Assembly: GCF_001644705.1 (NCBI RefSeq) | Contig: NZ_CP015137.1 | Coordinates: 810,001-842,000, forward strand | Direction: 5' to 3' | DNA from: Dickeya solani IPO 2222 | GTDB taxonomy: Bacteria > Pseudomonadota > Gammaproteobacteria > Enterobacterales > Enterobacteriaceae | DNA: 32,000 nt | In this document: positions 22,216 through 31,014 of the stretch, piece after piece | Numbering within the stretch: position 1 is the stretch's first letter | Layout: each line of letters begins with the position of its first letter | Program-made: the position numbers and the translations under genes | The notes under the pieces: model-generated | What the model saw: only the letters and a program-made list of their open reading frames with translations | Databases searched by the model: none | Told to the model about the DNA's origin: nothing

Positions 22216-23152
22216 TGAAGATCACGTTATCCGCGATGCGTTTGGCTGTCGCCAGCGGCAGTTCGCCAATCACGGTGATTTCCTGGTTATCCCGCACTTC
22301 GGTATGGATAGTTTTACGGCCCAGCGATGCATTTTGATCGGGATGGTTCTCCCCAACCGGGCTGATATTGACGGAAAAACTGAATAATCCATCGCTATAA
22401 AGACGCGTCTCCACCAGACCGGTAACCCCAGGCAGTGGCCGCTGACTGCGTGACACTTCTTCTACGCCAACCGGCAGCCATTCCGTCACCCAGTTGAAAT
22501 TAGCGCTCGAGGTGGTGGGAATGCTGAGCAGCGGCGGCTGGCTGATCTTATCCGTCGGCTTCATGGCAAGCTGCACATTTTTGTCCACCGTGACAGAAAT
22601 CACCCGGTACTGCTCAAGTAGATCGCCATTCTGATCAAGCAGATCAACCCGCAACGGCAAACGCGACTCCGCATCAAGGCAGACGATATAACTGAAACGG
22701 GTGCCGTCCCGTGAGACGATTCTCACCACATCGCCCTGGCGATCTGCCAGACGAATTCGGCCGGTAGGGATAAAATCGTAATAAGCGGACAGCCGTTCCA
22801 CATTGGCAAAAATCAGGGCCGGCAACGAGTCGACAATATGGTCGCCCGACAAGGTAAACGGTTCGGCATCCGCTTCGAAATAGCTGATGTCGCTGCCGCG
22901 CTGAATCACTTCACGCTTCGGCCCGTCCAGATGGATCAACTCGGCCAGAGTCTCGCCATTTTGCACCGTATGACGGTAGCGTAGTGACTCGATGCCCTGC
23001 CGGGAAACGCTGATGTAGTAAATCTCGTAGTTCAGTGATCGGCTGGCGCTGCTCATCTGCTGCAACAACGCCCCGGAATCGCTTGCCGGGGCGAGGGAGG
23101 AATAAGACAGGCTGCCCAACAATATGCATGCGGCAAACCAGGAGCGCTTCAT
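22202..23152 (-). CDS. rseB: Sigma-E regulatory protein RseB
   Basis: 316 aa with a signal peptide, MucB/RseB family. The start overlaps the rseA stop. Confidence 0.95.
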   Translation of the reverse strand: MKRSWFAACILLGSLSYSSLAPASDSGALLQQMSSASRSLNYEIYYISVSRQGIESLRYRHTVQNGETLAELIHLDGPKREVIQRGSDISYFEADAEPFTLSGDHIVDSLPALIFANVERLSAYYDFIPTGRIRLADRQGDVVRIVSRDGTRFSYIVCLDAESRLPLRVDLLDQNGDLLEQYRVISVTVDKNVQLAMKPTDKISQPPLLSIPTTSSANFNWVTEWLPVGVEEVSRSQRPLPGVTGLVETRLYSDGLFSFSVNISPVGENHPDQNASLGRKTIHTEVRDNQEITVIGELPLATAKRIADNVIFKAQP

Positions 23153-23817
23153 TACTGCGGTTGAATTCCTAATGACTGAGTACCGGGCACCTGTACGGCG
23201 GCTTGCTGTTGGCTCCCCTGCTGTTGCAGTTGGAGTTGATCGGAATGCACGCGGCGTTGCAATTCGTAATCCTGCAACAGCGCATTGATGCGTTCATGCT
23301 GCGCCTGCATCTGACGTTGCCCGGTATGCGCTGCGCTGTTCTCGGCCGGCACGCTCAAACTGACCGGGGAAGCCGAACCGCCCATCACAGGCAGTGTGCT
23401 AAGTGCCGGCGTCGTTTCCGCCACACTGTCGCTCATCGCATTGTTTTGCTGGTAATGCTGTACCCCGACAATCACCGCCAGCGAAACACAGGCCGCCATA
23501 CCAATCTGCGTCAGATGGCTGGCCAGAGGACGAACCTTGTGCCAGAACGGCAACGCCTGCCAGCTGCGGGGATGAGGCTGGGATTCCGGCACCGCCTGCG
23601 GGTTGAATTGCACCGGTTCCTGTTCGAGGGCGGCGGCCACCCGAGCGGCGATATCAATATTCATCAGCGTTTCGCTGACATCGCCCCGCAGAGTGTCACG
23701 CACCAGGTGATAGCGCTGCCAGCTTTGCTGCAACTTGTCGTCTTTCGACAAGGCGCCCAGCAGTGCATTGTCCACTGCCTCACCATCCATTAAAGCGGAA
23801 AGTTTTTCTTTCTGCAT
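23152..23817 (-). CDS. rseA: Anti-sigma-E factor RseA
   Basis: 221 aa, MQKEKLSALMDGE...WQRYHLVRDTLRGD, with a central TM helix and a Q-rich periplasmic tail. Confidence 0.95.
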   Translation of the reverse strand: MQKEKLSALMDGEAVDNALLGALSKDDKLQQSWQRYHLVRDTLRGDVSETLMNIDIAARVAAALEQEPVQFNPQAVPESQPHPRSWQALPFWHKVRPLASHLTQIGMAACVSLAVIVGVQHYQQNNAMSDSVAETTPALSTLPVMGGSASPVSLSVPAENSAAHTGQRQMQAQHERINALLQDYELQRRVHSDQLQLQQQGSQQQAAVQVPGTQSLGIQPQ

Positions 23818-23866
23818 AACTTCACCTTACCTTGTCAAACCCGTCATGAGTAACGTTAAGAACAAG

Positions 23867-24442
23867 CTAACGCTGAATAAGCGGTTGCACTTTATTATCA
23901 ATCGCTTCCCGTGCGCGGAATATACGCGAGCGGACAGTGCCGACCGGGCAATCCATGATGGCGGCGATTTCCTCATAGCTCAGCCCATCCAGTTCACGCA
24001 GCGTAATTGCCAGACGCAAATCTTCAGGCAATGACTCAATAGTATGGAAAACGATCCGTCGTAATTCCTCAGACAACATTAAGTTCTCAGGGTTCGATAT
24101 TTCTTTCAACGCGCTGGCATTTTCGTAATTTTCCGCGTCATTGGCATCCACATCGCTGGACGGTGGACGCCGCCCCTGAGCCACCAGATAATTCTTCGCC
24201 GTGTTGACGGCAATACGGTACAGCCAGGTGTAAAAGGCACTCTCGCCACGAAACGATTCCAGCGCGCGATAGGCTTTGATAAACGATTCTTGCACCACAT
24301 CGGGCACGTCCCCGGCGGGAACGTAACGCGATACCAGGCTCGCCACTTTATGCTGATAACGGACGACCAGTAAGTTAAACGCTTTTCTGTCGCCTTTCTG
24401 GACCCGCTCAACCAGCACCTGATCCGCTAACTGCTCGCTCAT
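23867..24442 (-). CDS. rpoE: RNA polymerase sigma-E (sigma-24) factor
   Basis: 191 aa, about 90% identical by eye to E. coli RpoE (MSEQLxDQVLVERVQKGD...CPVGTVRSRIFRAREAIDNKVQPLI). Confidence 0.98.
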   Translation of the reverse strand: MSEQLADQVLVERVQKGDRKAFNLLVVRYQHKVASLVSRYVPAGDVPDVVQESFIKAYRALESFRGESAFYTWLYRIAVNTAKNYLVAQGRRPPSSDVDANDAENYENASALKEISNPENLMLSEELRRIVFHTIESLPEDLRLAITLRELDGLSYEEIAAIMDCPVGTVRSRIFRAREAIDNKVQPLIQR

Positions 24443-24527
24443 CCGAGATCATGTCTCCCCAAAACCGTGTCGCCACGCCTAAGTCATGTACTGCCAGCCA
24501 TATATCTGAAATCGAGCAAGCACCGGG

Positions 24528-24555
24528 TTGGAGTCTTTTTACGTCGTAAAGTTCC
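24528..24555 (-). promoter_or_regulatory. Sigma-E-dependent autoregulated promoter (rpoE P2 type)
   Basis: The reverse strand reads GGAACTT-N16-TCCAA, against the sigma-E consensus GGAACTT-N16-TCnAA. It lies about 90 bp upstream of the rpoE ATG. Confidence 0.75.
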
Positions 24556-24711
24556 GTTGCATGAAGCATTTTTTGCATCCTGCCGGATGCCCGCCGCATA
24601 CCGCCGTGCCGCCCTCCGGGGTTTTATTCTGATTGCTGCCCCGTACAACCGCGAAAATCATACGTCAAAAGCCTGCTGCTGGCACCCCGTTCTACTATTT
24701 CGCATCAAGCT

Positions 24712-24729
24712 TGTTTAATACATAAAACA
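24712..24729. promoter_or_regulatory. Possible NadR (NAD repressor) operator upstream of nadB
   Basis: TGTTTA-ATACAT-AAAACA is an imperfect palindrome resembling the TGTTTA-N6-TAAACA NAD box. It sits in the AT-rich nadB promoter region about 75 bp upstream of the ATG. Confidence 0.4.
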
Positions 24730-24800
24730 AAAAACTGCATTTAAGATAAATATCGTGCTAAATTCAAAAATACGGTTTTATAAATTAAACAAAAACTCTT

Positions 24801-26402
24801 ATGTCGTCTATCAAAGACTACCATTGTGATGTGCTGATCATCGGCAGCGGCGCCGCCGGGTTATCACTGGCGCTGCGTCTGGCGCCCCATGCCCGCGTGA
24901 TGGTGCTCAGCAAAGGGCCGCTAAGCGAAAGCGCTACCTTTTACGCCCAAGGCGGGATCGCCGCTGTATTCGATGAAACCGACAGCGTCGACGCCCACAT
25001 CGACGATACCCTGATTGCCGGCGACGGCCTGTGTGACCGGGAAGCGGTATCGTTTATTGCCCGTAACGCCCGTCATTGCGTGCAATGGTTGATCGATCAG
25101 GGCGTTCAGTTCGATACCGAAACCGCACCGCACGGCGAAGCGCGCTATCATCTGACGCGCGAAGGCGGTCACAGCCATCGCCGTATCCTGCACGCCGCGG
25201 ACGCTACCGGCAAAGCGATGGAAACCACATTGGTCAGTCAGGTAAGGCAGCATCCCAATATCGTATTACTGGAGCGTTGCAATGCGGTGGATTTGATCAC
25301 CTCCAGCAAGCTCGGTCTGCCCGGCCACAAACGGATAGTTGGCGCTTACCTGTGGAACAGGGAAAAAGAGCATGTCGAATCGTGCCGCGCCAAAGCCGTC
25401 GTGCTCGCTACCGGCGGCGCGTCCAAGGTCTACCAGTACACCACCAACCCCGACATTTCTTCCGGCGACGGCATAGCAATGGCCTGGCGTGCCGGCTGCC
25501 GGGTGGCGAACATGGAGTTCAACCAGTTTCACCCCACTTGCCTGTACCATCCGCAAGCCCGCAATTTTTTGCTGACTGAAGCGCTACGCGGCGAAGGTGC
25601 CTGGCTGACGCGTCCGGACGGCAGCCGTTTTATGCCCGCCTTTGATAAACGTGCGGAACTGGCGCCGCGGGATATTGTCGCCCGGGCGATAGACCACGAA
25701 ATGAAACGACTAGGTGCGGACTGCATGTATCTGGACATCAGCCACAAACCGGCGGATTTCATCACGCAGCATTTTCCCACTATTCATGAAAAACTGCTAT
25801 CGCTGGGACTTGACCTGACCCGCGAGCCGATTCCCGTCGTCCCCGCCGCCCACTACACCTGCGGCGGCGTGGTGGTTGACCAACAGGGACGCACTGACCT
25901 GGACGGTCTGTACGCGATTGGCGAAGTCAGTTATACCGGCCTGCATGGTGCCAACCGCATGGCGTCCAACTCGCTGCTGGAGTGTCTGGTGTATGGCTGG
26001 TCCGCCGCCGGGGACATTCTGCAGCATTTGCCGGAGAAAACGCTGGTGGAATCGTTACCGTGCTGGGACGAAAGTCAGGTGGAAAACTCGGACGAAAGAG
26101 TCGTGATTCAGCACAACTGGCACGAACTGCGGCTATTAATGTGGGATTACGTCGGTATCGTACGCACGACGAAGAGACTGGAACGCGCGCAGCGGCGTAT
26201 CTCGCTGCTACAGCAGGAAATCAGCGAGTATTATGCCCATTTCCGCCTCTCCAACAATCTGCTGGAGTTACGCAATTTGGTTCAGGTGGCGGAATTGATT
26301 GTACGCTGCGCGCTGGCGCGCAAAGAGAGCCGCGGCTTGCACTACACGCTCGATTATCCGCAACGAGCGGAAAAGGCGCATCCCACCATCCTGCATCCCT
26401 GA
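24801..26402 (+). CDS. nadB: L-aspartate oxidase
   Basis: 533 aa with the FAD-binding motif [16 protein letters not shown], collinear with E. coli NadB through ...[14 protein letters not shown]. Confidence 0.97.
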   Translation: MSSIKDYHCDVLIIGSGAAGLSLALRLAPHARVMVLSKGPLSESATFYAQGGIAAVFDETDSVDAHIDDTLIAGDGLCDREAVSFIARNARHCVQWLIDQGVQFDTETAPHGEARYHLTREGGHSHRRILHAADATGKAMETTLVSQVRQHPNIVLLERCNAVDLITSSKLGLPGHKRIVGAYLWNREKEHVESCRAKAVVLATGGASKVYQYTTNPDISSGDGIAMAWRAGCRVANMEFNQFHPTCLYHPQARNFLLTEALRGEGAWLTRPDGSRFMPAFDKRAELAPRDIVARAIDHEMKRLGADCMYLDISHKPADFITQHFPTIHEKLLSLGLDLTREPIPVVPAAHYTCGGVVVDQQGRTDLDGLYAIGEVSYTGLHGANRMASNSLLECLVYGWSAAGDILQHLPEKTLVESLPCWDESQVENSDERVVIQHNWHELRLLMWDYVGIVRTTKRLERAQRRISLLQQEISEYYAHFRLSNNLLELRNLVQVAELIVRCALARKESRGLHYTLDYPQRAEKAHPTILHP

Positions 26403-26410
26403 CCATAAAT

Positions 26411-26428
26411 GCCGGGCGCACACCCGGC
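26411..26428. terminator. Stem-loop between the convergent nadB and trmN6 genes
   Basis: GCCGGG-cgcaca-CCCGGC forms a 6-bp GC stem. There is no clear U tract on either side, so terminator function is uncertain. Confidence 0.4.
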
Positions 26429-26449
26429 AAGCAACACCAACACGCCCAC

Positions 26450-27193
26450 TCACATCGACAAATAGAAATCTCGCGCCAGCGCCTGAAACGACGCCGAATA
26501 CTGACGGCTGTCGTCACGGATGATTAGCGACGTCCGGTCCAGCGTCACGGGCTGTCGCCTCAACGACAACAGCACCCGGTTTACCGGCCGGGCCGAATTA
26601 TCCGCGACATCAACCCAGGCATCGGCATGCCACGCCGACTGCTGCGCCAGCTTCAGAAAGTTATCCGTTGCCTGTGCTGGCAACACCACGCAAAACCGCC
26701 CGTCCGGCGTCAGCAACCGGCTGGCGCAATCCAGCAGCGTCTCATGAGTTAGCGTGGCGGTATAACGCGCCTGCGCGCGCTGGGCTGAGGCGCAATCGAC
26801 ACCCGGGGAAAAATAAGGCGGATTACTGACAATCAGGGAATAACGCGATGCGACAGCGCGGATATAGGCAAGAATGTCGGTCTGATGAATCCGTATACTG
26901 TCGACCCAGGGCGACGACGCCGCATTCTCTGCCGCCTGCTCGCTGGCGGCGGCATCCAGCTCGACCCCATCCACTGGAACCCGCCCACCGCTGCGTTGCG
27001 CCAGCATCAGAGCAATCAGGCCGCAGCCGCAGCCGATATCCAGAATCCGCGATTCATTCCGCAACGGCGCCCACGCGCCCAGCAGCACGCCATCGGTGCC
27101 GACTTTCATCGCACAACGGTCGTGCGCCACAAAAAATTGTTTGAAGGTAAAACCACCCGCGCGCAACGCCGGTGTATGCTGCAAAGACGTCAT
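26450..27193 (-). CDS. trmN6: tRNA1(Val) (adenine37-N6)-methyltransferase (YfiC/TrmN6)
   Basis: GFTFKQFFVAHDRCAMKVGTDGVLLGAWAP...DIGCGCGLIALMLAQR...SNPPYF is collinear with E. coli YfiC. The start at MTSLQH (27193) fits the E. coli N-terminus better than the track start at 27214. Confidence 0.9.
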   Translation of the reverse strand: MTSLQHTPALRAGGFTFKQFFVAHDRCAMKVGTDGVLLGAWAPLRNESRILDIGCGCGLIALMLAQRSGGRVPVDGVELDAAASEQAAENAASSPWVDSIRIHQTDILAYIRAVASRYSLIVSNPPYFSPGVDCASAQRAQARYTATLTHETLLDCASRLLTPDGRFCVVLPAQATDNFLKLAQQSAWHADAWVDVADNSARPVNRVLLSLRRQPVTLDRTSLIIRDDSRQYSASFQALARDFYLSM

Positions 27194-27327
27194 TGTTGTG
27201 CCATTTATTGCCAAACCGGGGTTAGCATAGGAGAAACGCCAGCCTGGGAAAAGTGGTTCAGACCGCTTAAACAGATGAACAACCCCGCCAATGCGTCTAT
27301 AATCAGCGCCCCGAACAGAGGTAGACC

Positions 27328-28680
27328 ATGACTGCGACCAATTTTTCCGAGTTTGATCTTGACGATAGCCTGCTTGACGCCCTGCGCGACATGGGCTTCA
27401 GCCGCCCGACCGCCATTCAGGCCGTGGCTATTCCCCCGGCGATGGAAGGACGTGACGTTCTGGGCTCAGCACCGACCGGAACCGGTAAAACCGCGGCTTA
27501 TCTGCTGCCGGTTTTGCAGCATCTGCTGGACTTTCCACGTAAAAAATCCGGCCCGCCGCGTATCCTGATTCTGACCCCGACCCGGGAGCTAGCGATGCAG
27601 GTGGCGGATCAGGCTCGGGCGATGGCTGCCCACACCCATCTGGACATTGCCACCATCACCGGCGGCGTGGCCTACATGAATCACGCCGAAGTGTTCAGCG
27701 AGAATCAGGATGTGGTGGTCGCTACCACCGGCCGCCTGCTGCAGTACATCAAAGAGGAAAACTTTGACTGCCGTGCGGTGGAAACCCTGATTCTGGATGA
27801 AGCCGACCGCATGCTGGACATGGGCTTCGCTCAGGACATCGAGCATATCGCCGGAGAAACCCGTTGGCGCAAGCAGACCATGTTGTTCTCCGCCACGCTG
27901 GAAGGCGACGCCATTCAGAATTTCGCCGAGCGTTTGCTGAACGACCCCATCGAAGTGGAAGCCGAACCGTCACGGCGCGAACGCAAAAAAATCCTGCAGT
28001 GGTACTACCGCGCCGACGATGTTCAGCACAAGACCGCCTTGCTGAGTCACCTGCTCAAGCAGCCGGATGTAACCCGTTCGATCGTGTTCGTGCGTAAGCG
28101 CGAGCGAGTACATGAACTGGTGGACTTGCTGCGGGCAGCGGGCATCGAGTCCTGTTATCTGGAAGGGGAAATGGTGCAGGCCAAACGCAACGAAGCCATC
28201 AAGCGGTTGAGCGAAGGCCGGGTAAACGTGTTGGTCGCCACCGATGTCGCTGCACGCGGGCTGGACATTCTGGACGTCAGCCATGTATTCAACTTCGATT
28301 TGCCTCGCACTTCAGACGTTTACCTGCACCGCATCGGACGTACCGGCCGCGCCGGTCGTAAAGGTTGCGCCATCTCGCTGGTGGAAGCGCATGACTACCT
28401 GCTGCTGGAGAAGATCGGCCGTTATCTGAATGAGCCGCTAAAAGCGCGCGTAGTCGATGAACTGCGTCCAGCCACTCGGGCGCCGAGCCCCAAAACCACC
28501 GGCAAGCCGTCTAAAAAAGTGCTGGCCAAACGCAATGAGCTGAAGCAAAAAGAGAAAGAAAAACAGAAAGCGAAGGTCAAAGTACGCCATCGCGACAGCA
28601 AAAATATCGGTAAACGCCGCCAGCCCAGCGCCAAAGCGTCAGCGGAGCCGCAGAAAGAAAAACCGACAGATAACAGCTGA
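27328..28680 (+). CDS. srmB: ATP-dependent DEAD-box RNA helicase SrmB
   Basis: 450 aa with the Q motif, AxTGTGKT, PTRELA, DEAD, SAT, HRIGRTGRAG and a basic K/E-rich C-terminal tail. Confidence 0.96.
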   Translation: MTATNFSEFDLDDSLLDALRDMGFSRPTAIQAVAIPPAMEGRDVLGSAPTGTGKTAAYLLPVLQHLLDFPRKKSGPPRILILTPTRELAMQVADQARAMAAHTHLDIATITGGVAYMNHAEVFSENQDVVVATTGRLLQYIKEENFDCRAVETLILDEADRMLDMGFAQDIEHIAGETRWRKQTMLFSATLEGDAIQNFAERLLNDPIEVEAEPSRRERKKILQWYYRADDVQHKTALLSHLLKQPDVTRSIVFVRKRERVHELVDLLRAAGIESCYLEGEMVQAKRNEAIKRLSEGRVNVLVATDVAARGLDILDVSHVFNFDLPRTSDVYLHRIGRTGRAGRKGCAISLVEAHDYLLLEKIGRYLNEPLKARVVDELRPATRAPSPKTTGKPSKKVLAKRNELKQKEKEKQKAKVKVRHRDSKNIGKRRQPSAKASAEPQKEKPTDNS

Positions 28681-28701
28681 ATATGACCTGTTGATACGAA
28701 G

Positions 28702-28723
28702 AAGGGAGCCAACTGGCTCCCTT
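28702..28723 (+). other. Stable GC-rich hairpin just after the srmB stop, with no U tract
   Basis: AAGGGAGCC-aact-GGCTCCCTT forms a perfect 9-bp stem about 20 nt downstream of the srmB stop. Confidence 0.6.
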
Positions 28724-28863
28724 CACATTATCGGTAACGCTAGCCCCTGACACGAGCGCCTCGTCGGTAAAAAGAACACGCCCTTTCACTCAAAGCACGT
28801 TCCCCTGATTCAGGATCAATCCGCTCAGCGCTCTCACCCTGTAAGACCGGGACTTATTCCCCA

Positions 28864-28900
28864 TAAAAAAATAATGCCGGACACCTTAGGTGACCGGCAT
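28864..28900 (-). terminator. Rho-independent terminator of grcA
   Basis: On the minus strand, ATGCCGGTCA-cctaagg-TGTCCGGCAT (10-bp stem, one mismatch) is followed by TATTTTTTT. Confidence 0.75.
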
Positions 28901-28901
28901 T

Positions 28902-28923
28902 GACCAGACGGTGGTCTTTTTTT
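28902..28923 (+). terminator. Short-stem rho-independent terminator on the + strand (distal srmB terminator?)
   Basis: GACCA-gacgg-TGGTC is followed by T7. It lies about 220 nt downstream of the srmB stop, back to back with the grcA terminator. Confidence 0.5.
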
Positions 28924-28935
28924 ACCAACGCGCGC

Positions 28936-29319
28936 TTACAGGCTTTCGGTAAAGGTACGGGTGATCACATCACGCTGCTGTTCCGGCGTCAGCGAATTAA
29001 AGCGAACCGCATAACCGGATACACGGATGGTCAGCTGCGGATATTTTTCCGGATGTTTAACCGCATCTTCCAGTGTTTCACGACGCAGCACGTTCACGTT
29101 CAGATGCTGACCGCCTTCGATACGTACTTCCGGTTTGATTTCCAGCGGCACTTCACGATATTCGAACTGGCCCAGATCGCTGACGGCAACGATCTGATCT
29201 TCGTTGAAATCGGATTTGGCACACACGCAACGCGCCTGAGATTTCTCTTCATCCAGCAGCCAGAAAGAGTTAACCAGGGCATTGTTATTTGCTTTGGTGA
29301 TTTGAATACCTGTAACCAT
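28936..29319 (-). CDS. grcA: Autonomous glycyl radical cofactor GrcA (YfiD)
   Basis: 127 aa from [12 protein letters not shown]... (start 29319, GGAGG 6 nt upstream). The C-terminal glycyl-radical motif RVSGYAV is present. The track start at 29379 is an over-extension. Confidence 0.96.
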   Translation of the reverse strand: MVTGIQITKANNNALVNSFWLLDEEKSQARCVCAKSDFNEDQIVAVSDLGQFEYREVPLEIKPEVRIEGGQHLNVNVLRRETLEDAVKHPEKYPQLTIRVSGYAVRFNSLTPEQQRDVITRTFTESL

Positions 29320-29456
29320 TATTGCCTCCGTTAAGCGGCGTCTTATTGAACCGAATACAAAACCTACGGTCGGTAACAAATCGCCAGCGGCATTAACGCC
29401 AGCGCAAAACCAACCGAATCTGGTTACCTGTATACCAGTCCTTTCCCGGTCATTCT

Positions 29457-29470
29457 TTGATATAAGTCAA
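29457..29470. promoter_or_regulatory. FNR box I of the grcA promoter
   Basis: TTGAT-ATAA-GTCAA matches TTGAT-N4-ATCAA at 9 of 10 positions. It lies about 144 bp upstream of the grcA ATG. Confidence 0.7.
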
Positions 29471-29509
29471 TTTTGACCGGGCGTCATTTGGCGTGGAATC
29501 CATAATCAT

Positions 29510-29523
29510 TTGTTTTATATCAA
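29510..29523. promoter_or_regulatory. FNR box II of the grcA promoter
   Basis: TTGTT-TTAT-ATCAA matches at 9 of 10 positions. Its centre is exactly 53 bp from box I, the spacing reported for the -40.5 and -93.5 FNR sites of E. coli yfiD. Confidence 0.65.
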
Positions 29524-29712
29524 TTTACGCCCCAGACGCTGATACAATTATTTTTATAAATTTTAAAAAAAATCAGCAAAAGGCGATTCATCGCCTGCCA
29601 AACGCGGTTAATGGTTTTCCCTGTCCGGCTTTGACGGTAAGCTTATCCATCAGGACTGACTAATCAGGCTGCGCTTTCGCCAGATGGTATTCAGGCGGCA
29701 GCCCACGAGTGC

Positions 29713-29746
29713 ATTGAACTCACTACCGTATTGAACTCACTACTGT
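29713..29746. repeat. 17-bp tandem duplication immediately upstream of ung
   Basis: ATTGAACTCACTACCGT | ATTGAACTCACTACTGT (one mismatch), followed by a partial ATT. It ends 20 bp before the ung ATG. Confidence 0.9.
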
Positions 29747-29765
29747 ATTAAACAAAGAGCCTCCC

Positions 29766-30452
29766 ATGACCACTTCCCTGACCTGGCACGACCTGCTAGC
29801 CCAAGAGAAAGAACTACCCTATTTCGTCAATACGTTGTCGTTCGTTCATCAGGAACGTACAGCAGGCAAGGTGATCTATCCGCCGCAGAAAGACGTCTTC
29901 AACGCCTTTCGTTTTACTGAATTTCACGCTGTCAAAGTGGTGATTCTGGGGCAGGATCCGTATCACGGCCCGAATCAGGCGCATGGACTGTCATTTTCAG
30001 TTCGTCCAGGCGTGCCGGCACCGCCGTCGCTGGTCAATATCTACAAAGAACTGGCTAACGATATTCCCGGATTTGAAATTCCTTCTCACGGCTTTTTGCA
30101 AAGCTGGGCGCAGCAAGGCGTGATGTTACTCAACACCGTACTGACGGTGGAAGCAGGCAAAGCGCATTCGCACGCCAATCTGGGTTGGGAAACCTTCACC
30201 GACAAAGTGATCGAAAAACTGAACGCGCACCGGGAAGGGATTGTATTCCTGCTGTGGGGATCACATGCGCAAAAGAAAGGCAGCATTATTGATACGCAGC
30301 GACATCATGTGCTGAAAGCGCCGCACCCCTCGCCATTATCTGCCCATCGTGGTTTTTTGGGATGCCACCATTTCTCCAGAACTAATCAGTTGCTGGAACA
30401 ACAGGGCACTACGCCGATCGACTGGGCCCCCCGCTTGCCGGAAGACGCATAA
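29766..30452 (+). CDS. ung: Uracil-DNA glycosylase
   Basis: 228 aa with the family-1 UDG motifs [22 protein letters not shown] and HPSPLSA, collinear with E. coli Ung. Confidence 0.97.
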   Translation: MTTSLTWHDLLAQEKELPYFVNTLSFVHQERTAGKVIYPPQKDVFNAFRFTEFHAVKVVILGQDPYHGPNQAHGLSFSVRPGVPAPPSLVNIYKELANDIPGFEIPSHGFLQSWAQQGVMLLNTVLTVEAGKAHSHANLGWETFTDKVIEKLNAHREGIVFLLWGSHAQKKGSIIDTQRHHVLKAPHPSPLSAHRGFLGCHHFSRTNQLLEQQGTTPIDWAPRLPEDA

Positions 30453-30579
30453 CAGGTAACGTCATTGTCTTGGCTTATCAGAGGCAATGACCCTAAATTT
30501 TAGGGCGAAACCGGGAAAAAAGGTCGAAAAAAAATCGAATCGTCAGAGAAATAAAAAGGAGAATGTTGCGAAAGGAATT

Positions 30580-30655
<76 letters not shown>

Positions 30656-30702
30656 ACATCAGATAATACTGTCAAAAACCAAATCTTTATGGGAGGAAGA
30701 TT

Positions 30703-30778
<76 letters not shown>

Positions 30779-30809
30779 GTATCGACACTCTATCGTGTGA
30801 ACGGGTCGC

Positions 30810-30838
30810 ATGATATGCAACGCCCCCAACCCTGTCAA
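30810..30838 (-). promoter_or_regulatory. Sigma-70 promoter of the tRNA-Ala tandem operon
   Basis: The reverse strand reads TTGACA-N17-TATCAT followed by the GC-rich discriminator GCGACCC, which is typical of stringently controlled stable-RNA promoters. It lies about 30 bp upstream of the first tRNA. Confidence 0.7.
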
Positions 30839-30956
30839 CGCCAAAATCCATTTATCCGATCAACCGCTGAAAAAGCCGTCAAAGTAGTGCAACAATGGCA
30901 TCATACGGGAAAATGTCCCCTGCTTTCCGGCGTAAAAACACCGCCAATCAAGCTCC

Positions 30957-30985
30957 AAAAAAAAAGACCCAGGCAAGCCAGGGTC
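30957..30985 (-). terminator. Rho-independent terminator of gltX
   Basis: On the minus strand, GACCCTGG-cttg-CCTGGGTC (one internal mismatch) is followed by T9. It lies about 30 nt after the gltX stop. Confidence 0.8.
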
Positions 30986-31014
30986 TTCGTTAACAACAGA
31001 CTCGTTCGAAGCGA

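Noticed and set aside
29582-29596. Small hairpin GGCGA-ttca-TCGCC flanked by an A run, as a possible minus-strand terminator upstream of the grcA promoter
   Set aside because: The stem is only 5 bp, no minus-strand gene lies upstream for it to terminate, and the U tract is interrupted.
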